DNA of 64,000 bases from Fidelibacterota bacterium (GTDB taxonomy: Bacteria; Fidelibacterota; Fidelibacteria; Fidelibacterales; DSDE01), in NCBI GenBank assembly GCA_046735395.1, contig JBJKQR010000047.1, positions 1-64,000 on the forward strand, given 5' to 3'. A program made the position numbers and the translations under genes. Numbering within the stretch: position 1 is the first letter of the stretch; each line of letters begins with the position of its first letter. This document shows, piece by piece, positions 1-7,769 of the stretch. Below the pieces are notes generated by a model. The model was given only the letters and a program-made list of their open reading frames with translations. It was not told the DNA's origin and searched no databases.

Positions 1-819
1 GAAATAGGACCAGAAGGGCGTGTCTTCCCGTTCCAGGTCCTGGCTCAGCATGGGGACGACGCAGATGGGAAAGTCGCCGGCAATGCCTCCGCCGATCTGA
101 AAAAATCCGATGCCCTTGTCCTCCGCCGCTTCGGTATAGTAGTCAGCCAGGAATGCCATATATTCAATGCCGCTTTTCATCGTGGACGGCTTGAGCATTC
201 CCTTCAGACAGTAGGATGCAAAAATATTTCCCATGGTGCTGTCTTCCCAGCCGGGCACGACCATGGGCAGGTTTTTCTGCGCTGCAGCCAGCATCCAGCT
301 GTTCTTCGGATCAATTTCGTAATACTGTTCGAGGACGCCGCTGAGCAGCAGTTTGTACATGAATTCATGAGGGAAATAGCGTTCGCCTTTATCTTCCGCG
401 TCCTTCCATATTTCATAGATATGCTTCTGGAGCCGGCGGAAGGCTTCCTCTTCCGGGATGCAGGTGTCGGTGACGCGATTCATGCCCTTCTGCAGAAGAT
501 CCCATTCTTCGCGGGGCGTCAGATCCCGGTAGTGGGGAACGCGGGCATAGGACTTGTGCGCCACCAGATTCATGATATCCTCTTCCAGATTTGCGCCGGT
601 GCAGCTGATGATGTGAAATTTGTCCCGGCGGATCATCTCGGCTAGAGAGCGTCCGAGTTCGGCTGTGCTCATGGCGCCGGCCATAGCCAGAAGCATTTTC
701 TTGTTTTCACTTAGGTGTGTCTCAAAGGCTTTTACGGCATCAATCAGGGCGGCCGCGTTGAAATGCCGGTAATGATCAAGGATGAAACGGCCGACGGGGC
801 CTCTATTTTGTGCGTTCAT
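1..819 (-). CDS. Deoxyhypusine synthase-like protein (probable homospermidine synthase, SpeY type); 3' end runs off the window
   Basis: Not in the ORF track. Manual translation from ATG at 819 gives MNAQNRGPVGRFILDHYRHFNAAALIDA...MAGAMSTAELG...ISCTGANLEED...NRVTDTCIPEEE...PGWEDSTMGN...GFFQIGGGIAGDFPICVV, which are DHS-family motifs. It overlaps the agmatinase stop. Confidence 0.88.
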   Translation of the reverse strand, partial: MNAQNRGPVGRFILDHYRHFNAAALIDAVKAFETHLSENKKMLLAMAGAMSTAELGRSLAEMIRRDKFHIISCTGANLEEDIMNLVAHKSYARVPHYRDLTPREEWDLLQKGMNRVTDTCIPEEEAFRRLQKHIYEIWKDAEDKGERYFPHEFMYKLLLSGVLEQYYEIDPKNSWMLAAAQKNLPMVVPGWEDSTMGNIFASYCLKGMLKPSTMKSGIEYMAFLADYYTEAAEDKGIGFFQIGGGIAGDFPICVVPMLSQDLEREDTPFWSYF

Positions 820-1663
820 ACAGAGTCCTGTAACTTAAAAGTTTATAATATAGTTTCGCCACCAGAAATTCCGGTGCTTTATTTCCGGGAATGGGCGCCA
901 GCTCCGTGATGTCAAAACCGACCACGTTCCGCGCCAGGAATACTTTTTTCAGATAGCTGATGAGCGTATACCAGTCCAGTCCGCCCGGTTCCGGTGTCCC
1001 GGTAGCCGGCATGACCGAGGGGTCCAGCACATCCAGATCCAGTGTGACATATACAGGCCCGTCTCCCATCAGATCAATGGATCTGTTCATCCATTCGTCA
1101 TGGCCATGGATATTTTCGGCGAAAAAGCATTTGTCCGGATTGATCCAGGGCTTTTCCGAGCTGTCCATGCTGCGCAGGCCCACCTGAATGAGATTGGTAT
1201 TCTGCGATGCATCATGAAGGGCACAGGCGTGATTGAAGCGGGATCCGAGATAATCGGGCCTCAGGTCGGCGTGAGCATCGAGCTGGAGGACGGTCAGTTC
1301 GGGATATTTTTCGTAAAAGGCCCTGATGACACCGATGCTGATGCTGTGTTCCCCGCCGAAGAAGGTGAGATATTTATCATTGTCCAGCAACTCCCGGGTC
1401 CTGTTGTACACAGCCTCGGCCATGGTTTCCGGTGAGCTGTCCTCCGTAATGGGATCGAGAATATGGACACCCTGAGTATAGACCTCCGAATCCGTCTCGA
1501 TGTCATAGAGCTCCATATTTTCCAGAGCATCCAGAAAGGCTTCAAATCCATTGTCAGCACCCTTGCCCCAGGTTGAGGTCCCGTCGTAGGGTACGGACTG
1601 GAGGTAGAACCGGGCACGGTCAGCCCCGCAGTATTCTTCAGGAATTCCGGCAAAACATCTCAT
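803..1663 (-). CDS. speB: Agmatinase (ureohydrolase family)
   Basis: Mn-binding motifs GGEHSIS, LDAHADLR and DLDVLDP..PATGTPEPGG. Start moved to ATG 1663 (MRCFAG), which overlaps the speA stop as ATGA. Confidence 0.92.
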   Translation of the reverse strand: MRCFAGIPEEYCGADRARFYLQSVPYDGTSTWGKGADNGFEAFLDALENMELYDIETDSEVYTQGVHILDPITEDSSPETMAEAVYNRTRELLDNDKYLTFFGGEHSISIGVIRAFYEKYPELTVLQLDAHADLRPDYLGSRFNHACALHDASQNTNLIQVGLRSMDSSEKPWINPDKCFFAENIHGHDEWMNRSIDLMGDGPVYVTLDLDVLDPSVMPATGTPEPGGLDWYTLISYLKKVFLARNVVGFDITELAPIPGNKAPEFLVAKLYYKLLSYRTLYERTK

Positions 1664-3069
1664 TTTTTCACATATCCCAGAATCTTGAACATTTCCTCGG
1701 CACTCTGTTCGTTGCGGTAGACGTAATCCACGATGTTGCCCTTGTCGTCCCGGTCGATAATGACATGTTTGGGGGAGGGGATGAGGCAATGCTTGATACC
1801 GCCGTAACCGCTGATGGCATCCTGATAGGCCCCGGTATGAAAAAATCCCAGATACAGCGGTTCGGGATCACTGCTCTTGTAGCTGGGAAGCAGGACTTCC
1901 TGATTGAGTTCCTCTGAATTGTAATAATCGGAATGATCACAGGAAATGCCGCCGATATTGACGCGTTTGTATTCGTTATGCCATTTGTTGATGGGAAGAA
2001 GGATAAACTTTTCATTGATGGACCAGGCATCGGGAATGGTGTTCATCACCGAATTATTGATGAGATACCAGGTCTCGGCGTCGTTCTGCTGCTTCTGTTC
2101 CAGGACTTCGAAGATGATGGCGCCGCTTTCTCCAACCGTATATTTCCCGAATTCCGTAAAGATATCCGGATCCTTGACTTTTTCCGTGGCACAGGTTTCC
2201 TTGATATTCTTCACGAGTTCGCCGATCATGTAGCTGTAATCGTATTCGAAGCCGAGATTATTCCGGATGGGAAGCCCGCCGCCCAGATTGAAGGAATCCA
2301 GGCTTTTGCACTTCTTCTTGAGGTCGATGTACATTTTCAGTGCGCGGTTGAATTCACCCCAGTAATAGAGGCTGTCCTTGATGCCGGCATCCACAAAGAA
2401 ATGAAGCATTTTAAGCTGTACCCTGTCATTCCCCTGGATCTGTGTCGCAAAAAATTCCTCGATATCATTGGGCCGGATGCCCAGACGGGATGTGTAGTAA
2501 CTGGACTGGGCCTCTTCGTTGATGGCCATGCGGATTCCGATCTTGACCTTATGATCTCCGGAAAATTTCAGGAGCCGGGGAAGCTCATTCTTTGAATCCA
2601 GTACGACCAGCACATTGGTAAAGCCCATATCGTAGAGGGAAATGATTTTCTGAAGATAATCATCCGTCTTGTAGCCGTTATTGATGATAATCCGGTCCTT
2701 GTCGATCTTTTCCTCATTATAGAGGTTGAGAATGAGATCAATGTCCAGGGAGCTGGACGTTTCCAGATGAACGTCATACTTCAGCGCCTCATTGATGACA
2801 TGGGAAAAGTGGTTGCATTTCGTACAGTAACAGAACTGGTATTTGCCGTTGTAGCCGTGTTTCTTGATAGCCCGATTGAAGAGGTTCCGGGCTTTCTTGA
2901 TCTGGTCTCCGATCTTGGGCAGATAAATGAAACGGAAGGGCGTGCCGTATTTCTCGATCAGATGCATCAGTGAGATCCCATGAAAAGTGAGGGCTTCATT
3001 CCGGAGATCAAATCCTTCCTGTGGAAAATAATAGCTCTGATCAATGAGATTGAAATAGGTGTTTTTCAT
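1660..3069 (-). CDS. speA: Arginine decarboxylase (short PLP-dependent Orn/DAP/Arg decarboxylase form)
   Basis: FCYCTKCNH (PLP lysine), SRLG, LKMLHFF, NLGGGLP, TEFGKY, GGISCDHSD and FFHTGAYQD motifs. Lies directly upstream of agmatinase. Confidence 0.88.
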   Translation of the reverse strand: MKNTYFNLIDQSYYFPQEGFDLRNEALTFHGISLMHLIEKYGTPFRFIYLPKIGDQIKKARNLFNRAIKKHGYNGKYQFCYCTKCNHFSHVINEALKYDVHLETSSSLDIDLILNLYNEEKIDKDRIIINNGYKTDDYLQKIISLYDMGFTNVLVVLDSKNELPRLLKFSGDHKVKIGIRMAINEEAQSSYYTSRLGIRPNDIEEFFATQIQGNDRVQLKMLHFFVDAGIKDSLYYWGEFNRALKMYIDLKKKCKSLDSFNLGGGLPIRNNLGFEYDYSYMIGELVKNIKETCATEKVKDPDIFTEFGKYTVGESGAIIFEVLEQKQQNDAETWYLINNSVMNTIPDAWSINEKFILLPINKWHNEYKRVNIGGISCDHSDYYNSEELNQEVLLPSYKSSDPEPLYLGFFHTGAYQDAISGYGGIKHCLIPSPKHVIIDRDDKGNIVDYVYRNEQSAEEMFKILGYVKK

Positions 3070-3280
3070 CTATGTGTCCTTTCCCCGATGAGCGGAAATT
3101 CTGAAGTGATGATAAGGGTTATCTGCCGTCCGGTCCCGGGTGATTCAGATAATTCGGAACAGCAGCAATCTGCCGCTGCTCTGAGCTTCACCCCGGATTG
3201 CGAGAAAAATGTGTAAGATGTTGTGAATGTGGTGGTTGGTAATAATTTATCCAATGTAGTCCAGCACATTTTCCATACAT
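3070..3280 (-). promoter_or_regulatory. Structured ~200 nt leader of the speA operon with short upstream ORF(s)
   Basis: Nested stems on the minus strand (GGGTGA/TCACCC, TCAGA/TCTGA, AGCAGCGG-CAGA-TTGCTGCT at 3161-3180). A 30-codon ORF at 3280-3188 and a 67-codon ORF at 3269-3066 whose stop overlaps the speA ATG. Confidence 0.35.
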
Positions 3281-3415
3281 GAATTTATGATAATTTTCTA
3301 AAAATCAACAGAGAACAAATTAAAAAACAGCGACTTTTTATCAGGATGGACGCAGAAAATTCGGGAAAGCCCGGCATTTCGGCCTGACGAGTTTCGAAGG
3401 GGATCTGCAGAGGAG

Positions 3416-4750
3416 TCAGGAAAGCGCTTTCACGCCGCTTTTGTGTCCGAGCCGGAGAACCTTATTATCTGTGTTTTTCAGATGTTTGGTCGCATTACGA
3501 CTGTCAATGACGAGCCGTGCTTCGTCGACAATAAACTGATAATCAATAGTTGAATGGTCAGTCGTGATCACAACGGCGTCCACTTTCCTGATGAGTTCGG
3601 CAGTGAGTTCCTGTGAGGGGACGGTGTTGCTCTTTTCATCGCGGAAGGTGGGGCAGTGTGGATCATGATAGAGAACGTGGGCACCCTTCTGCTCCAGGAG
3701 CGTATAGATGTCCAGCGCCGGACTTTCACGAAGATCGTCAATATCCTTTTTATAGGCCATGCCGAGCAGGAGGACGGTTGAGCCGTTAATGGATTTTTTA
3801 TGGCAGTTCAGGCCTTCGGCGACCGTATCAATGACGTATTCGGGCATGGACGTATTGACTTCGGCAGCCAGATCGATGAATTTCGTCTTGTAGTTGAGGG
3901 TCTTCATTTTCCATGACAGGTAGTGGGGATCGATAGGAATGCAATGGCCGCCCAGTCCCGGGCCGGGGTAGAATTTCATATATCCGAAGGGTTTGGTTCC
4001 GGCGGCATCGATCACTTCCCAGACGTCCACGCCCAGCCGGTCGCACATCATGGCCATTTCATTGGCCAGGCCGATATTGATCATGCGGAAGGTGTTTTCC
4101 AGCAGCTTGGCCAGCTCCGCAGCTTCCGCGGAGGAGACGGGCACCATCTTGTCAAAGACCTGATTGTACACAGCCATGGCATGAGCCGTACAGGCCTCTG
4201 TCACACCGCCCAGTACTTTGGGTGTATTTTTAGTATGATAGACAGGGTTGCCGGGATCGACCCGCTCCGGAGAGAAGGCCAGGAAAATATCCTGTCCCAC
4301 TTTCAGTCCGCCATCTTCAATGATGGGCAGCATGTATTCCCGTGTCGTGCCGGGGTAGGTCGTACTTTCCAGAATGATGACCATATCCCGGTGCAGATAG
4401 GGCAGAACGGATTCCAGAGCATTGGTGATGAAGCTCATATCCGGATCCTTGAGCTTGTTGAGCGGTGTGGGCACGCAGATGCTGACCACATCGGCTTTGG
4501 AAATTTCAGAGAAATCCACGGTTGCGCGAATTTTCTGGTCATTCACAAGCTGTTTGAGTTCGGCGTCGTTCACATCGCCGATATAGTTGTTGCCGGCGTT
4601 TATCCGTTCGACTTTTGTCTGGTCCACATCAATTCCGGTGACATGGATTCCGGTTTTGGCCACTTCGACGGCCAGAGGAAGACCCACGTAACCCAGCCCG
4701 ATAACATAAAATTCGACATTCTTGGTCGAGAGTTTTTCCAGGAAGCTCAT
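3416..4750 (-). CDS. Nucleotide-sugar dehydrogenase (UDP-N-acetylhexosamine 6-dehydrogenase, WbpA/WecC-like)
   Basis: IGLGYVGLP, ICVPTP, LESTTYPGTT, SPERVDPG, KLLENTFR, PGPGLGGHCIP and DLRESP motifs. Confidence 0.92.
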   Translation of the reverse strand: MSFLEKLSTKNVEFYVIGLGYVGLPLAVEVAKTGIHVTGIDVDQTKVERINAGNNYIGDVNDAELKQLVNDQKIRATVDFSEISKADVVSICVPTPLNKLKDPDMSFITNALESVLPYLHRDMVIILESTTYPGTTREYMLPIIEDGGLKVGQDIFLAFSPERVDPGNPVYHTKNTPKVLGGVTEACTAHAMAVYNQVFDKMVPVSSAEAAELAKLLENTFRMINIGLANEMAMMCDRLGVDVWEVIDAAGTKPFGYMKFYPGPGLGGHCIPIDPHYLSWKMKTLNYKTKFIDLAAEVNTSMPEYVIDTVAEGLNCHKKSINGSTVLLLGMAYKKDIDDLRESPALDIYTLLEQKGAHVLYHDPHCPTFRDEKSNTVPSQELTAELIRKVDAVVITTDHSTIDYQFIVDEARLVIDSRNATKHLKNTDNKVLRLGHKSGVKALS

Positions 4751-5775
4751 TTCAACTCCATATTGTAATGATTTTTATAATATTCCAGATACGCACCGCT
4801 TTTCACCCGTTCCCACCATTCCTGATTGTCCTGATACCAGGTAATCGTTGACGAGATGCCGTCCTCGAAGTTGATAGTCGGTGACCAGCCCAGCTTATCC
4901 TTAATTTTTTGTGCATCAATGGCATAGCGTCTGTCGTGGCCCGGCCTGTCCTTTACATAGGTGATGAGTGATTCCGGTTTGTCCAGAGCGTGAAGGATGG
5001 TTCGGATGATATCAATATTGGTTTTTTCATTATTGCCGCCCACGTTGTAAATCTCCCCCGGTTCGCCCTTCTCAATGACCGTCAGCAGGGCCCGGCAATG
5101 ATCCTGAACATGCAGCCAGTCGCGGATATTGAGGCCGTCGCCGTATACCGGCAGGGGCAGGTCCGTCATGGCGTTGCTGATCATGAGGGGAATGAGTTTT
5201 TCCGGAAACTGAAAGGGGCCGTAATTATTTGAACAGCGGGTGGTGAGAACGGGAAGGCGAAAGGTTTCAAATGCAGCCCGAACCATGAGGTCGGCAGATG
5301 TTTTACTGGCCGCATAGGGTGAATTGGGGCTTAAAGGTGTCGTTTCGGAGAAGAGGCCTTCCGGTCCCAGGCTCCCGTAGACTTCATCCGTGGAGACCTG
5401 AAGAAAACGCTGGACGGAATATTCGCGGGCACAATCCAGAAGTACCTGAGTGCCCATGACGTTTGTGCTGATGAACGGGACCGCCGAATGAATGGACCTG
5501 TCCACATGGCTTTCCGCCGCGAAGTTTATCACAAATTCCGGCCGGTGGTCCGAGAAAATCCGTTTCATCGCCTTTTCATCCCGGATATCTTCCCGGTAGA
5601 ATGTGTAACGATCTTTCTGTCTGTCACTGATGCTTCCGAGATTTTCCAGATTTCCCGCATAGGTCAGCAGGTCAATATTGATGATGTGCAGATCCGGCCT
5701 GCTGTTCAGCAGGAAGTGAATGAAATTGCTGCCGATAAACCCGGCGCCACCTGTGATCAGGATGGTTTCAGACAT
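4747..5775 (-). CDS. rfbB: dTDP-glucose 4,6-dehydratase
   Basis: TGGAGFIGSN, FAAESHVDRS, VSTDEVYG, PYAASK, RCSNNYGP and DRPGHDRRY motifs. Confidence 0.96.
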   Translation of the reverse strand: MSETILITGGAGFIGSNFIHFLLNSRPDLHIINIDLLTYAGNLENLGSISDRQKDRYTFYREDIRDEKAMKRIFSDHRPEFVINFAAESHVDRSIHSAVPFISTNVMGTQVLLDCAREYSVQRFLQVSTDEVYGSLGPEGLFSETTPLSPNSPYAASKTSADLMVRAAFETFRLPVLTTRCSNNYGPFQFPEKLIPLMISNAMTDLPLPVYGDGLNIRDWLHVQDHCRALLTVIEKGEPGEIYNVGGNNEKTNIDIIRTILHALDKPESLITYVKDRPGHDRRYAIDAQKIKDKLGWSPTINFEDGISSTITWYQDNQEWWERVKSGAYLEYYKNHYNMELK

Positions 5776-6322
5776 CTATGGCTCCTTCTGATATGAGGGG
5801 GAGAGCCGCATCCTTGGGGCTCAGGACCGGTGACGTGCTTCCCCAGTTTATGGCCAGCTGTGGATCATCCCAGCGAATGCCTCCGTCACAGTCGGGGGCG
5901 TAGGGCGCGGATGTTTTATAGGCGACGATGGCGCTGTCGGACAGAACCCGGAATCCATGGGCAAAGCCTTTGGGAATGAAGAGTTGTTCGGCCCTGCTGT
6001 CATCAAGCCGAAAAGAGGCCCAGCGGAGAAAAGTGGGAGAGTCGGGCCGGATATCCACGGCAAGATCCAGAATCTCACCGGTAATGACCCGAACCAGTTT
6101 GTCCTGGGCATAGGGGGCTTTCTGGAAATGAAGTCCCCGCAGGACGTTTCGGGATGAGAAACTCTGATTGTCCTGTACAAAGTCACAGCTGATCCCGCCT
6201 TCTTCCCAGGCCTGCTTCTGAAAACTTTCCATAAAATATCCCCGATCGTCCCGGAAGACCCGGGGCGTAATCAGAATGAGATCAGAAATGATTTCGTGAC
6301 GCCGTGTAGTGATATTACTCAT
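5768..6322 (-). CDS. rfbC: dTDP-4-dehydrorhamnose 3,5-epimerase
   Basis: DDRGYFME, VQDNQS, LRGLHFQ, PKGFAHGF and LSPKD motifs. Start moved to ATG 6322. Confidence 0.95.
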   Translation of the reverse strand: MSNITTRRHEIISDLILITPRVFRDDRGYFMESFQKQAWEEGGISCDFVQDNQSFSSRNVLRGLHFQKAPYAQDKLVRVITGEILDLAVDIRPDSPTFLRWASFRLDDSRAEQLFIPKGFAHGFRVLSDSAIVAYKTSAPYAPDCDGGIRWDDPQLAINWGSTSPVLSPKDAALPLISEGAIDV

Positions 6323-7631
6323 CGAGAGCCGATCTTCCGGTGCAGAGATAGCGAAACCCGCGTTTCCGCATTGCCGGAGCCTGATAGATATTCCGGGTAT
6401 CGATGAAGACATTATTATTCATGGAGGATTTCAGGATATCCATATCCATATCCCGGAATTCATTCCATTCGGTGAGAAGGATGACCGCGTCTGCATCGGA
6501 TGCGGCATCATAGGCGTCCCGGCAATAAATAAGATCCGGGTAATCGCGCTTGAATTCATCCATGGCCACCGGGTCGTAGCAGCGGACGACGGCGCCTTCC
6601 GACTGGAGAAGATTGATAACTGTTCGAGCCGGTGCTTCTCTCGTATCATCCGTATTCGGCTTGAAAGCCAGGCCCAGAACCGCTATGGCTTTTCCCTTCA
6701 GATCGGGCAGCAGGTCCTTCAGTTTGGAAACGACACGCTGTTTCTGTGTTTCATTGACACGGACGACGGACTCCACCAGTTCACTCTGCAGGCCGTAGCT
6801 GCGAAAAATCTGCGTGAGCGCCAGGGTATCCTTGGGAAAGCAGGATCCGCCGAAACCCGGGCCGGGATGGAGAAATTTCGGTGAAATGCGTCCGTCCAGC
6901 CCCATGGCCTTTGCCACGACGTGAACATCGGCGCCGGCACGGTCACAGAGATTGGCCATTTCGTTGATAAAGGTGATCTTCGTGGCCAGGAATGCGTTGG
7001 AGGCATATTTAATCAGTTCGGCCGATTCCACATTGGTTTCGATATACGGCGTTTCCCGGAGATAGAGCGGCCGGTACACATCCTTCATGATATCGCTGCT
7101 GCGGTGGCTGGTGCTGCCGATGACAACCCGATCCGGATGCAGGAAGTCGCCGACGGCTGAACCTTCCCTGAGAAATTCAGGATTGGAAACCACATCAAAT
7201 TCCGCGTTGCCGCCGGCTTTTTCCCGAATCAGCTTAAAAACCTGTTTTCCGGTACCGACGGGAACGGTCGATTTATTGACAAATATTTTATATCCGTTCA
7301 GATTTTCGGCGAAGACCGTACTGACCTTCCAGACTGCTTCCAGATCGGCTTCTCCGCCTTTTCCCGGAGGTGTCCCCACGGCTGAAAATACCACATCCGC
7401 CTGTTGAATGCTTTCAGGTATCCGGCTGGAAAAACGAAGCCGGCCGGCTTTTACGTTCCGGTCCAGAACTTCCTTCAGTCCCGGTTCATAGATGGGAAGT
7501 CCGCCATTTTTCAGCATGTCTATCTTCCGGGTGTCGATATCCACACAGGTCACCTGGTTTCCGAAGTCCGCCAGGCCTGTTCCTGAGACTAATCCCACAT
7601 ATCCGGTGCCGACGACACAAATGTTTTTCAT
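6315..7631 (-). CDS. ugd: UDP-glucose 6-dehydrogenase
   Basis: VGTGYVGL, KSTVPVGT, SNPEFLREG, KYASNAFLA, GFGGSCFPKD and FKPNTDD motifs. Confidence 0.93.
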   Translation of the reverse strand: MKNICVVGTGYVGLVSGTGLADFGNQVTCVDIDTRKIDMLKNGGLPIYEPGLKEVLDRNVKAGRLRFSSRIPESIQQADVVFSAVGTPPGKGGEADLEAVWKVSTVFAENLNGYKIFVNKSTVPVGTGKQVFKLIREKAGGNAEFDVVSNPEFLREGSAVGDFLHPDRVVIGSTSHRSSDIMKDVYRPLYLRETPYIETNVESAELIKYASNAFLATKITFINEMANLCDRAGADVHVVAKAMGLDGRISPKFLHPGPGFGGSCFPKDTLALTQIFRSYGLQSELVESVVRVNETQKQRVVSKLKDLLPDLKGKAIAVLGLAFKPNTDDTREAPARTVINLLQSEGAVVRCYDPVAMDEFKRDYPDLIYCRDAYDAASDADAVILLTEWNEFRDMDMDILKSSMNNNVFIDTRNIYQAPAMRKRGFRYLCTGRSALDE

Positions 7632-7769
7632 TCACAGCCTCCTATCGGGCGGCAATTTACAAAATAAGTCATTAAATCTGAAGTTTAATATACAGGATTT
7701 GACCAGCTGTGAGCCAAGTTCCCGCCTGTCAGCCATACGGGGATGAAGAAAACGTAAAAGTTAAATGAT

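Noticed and set aside
1664..1789. N-terminal extensions in the ORF track (agmatinase; also rfbC, vWA protein, glycosyltransferase, epimerase)
   Set aside because: Mostly overlap upstream genes and lack family similarity; downstream starts fit overlaps or SD positions better.
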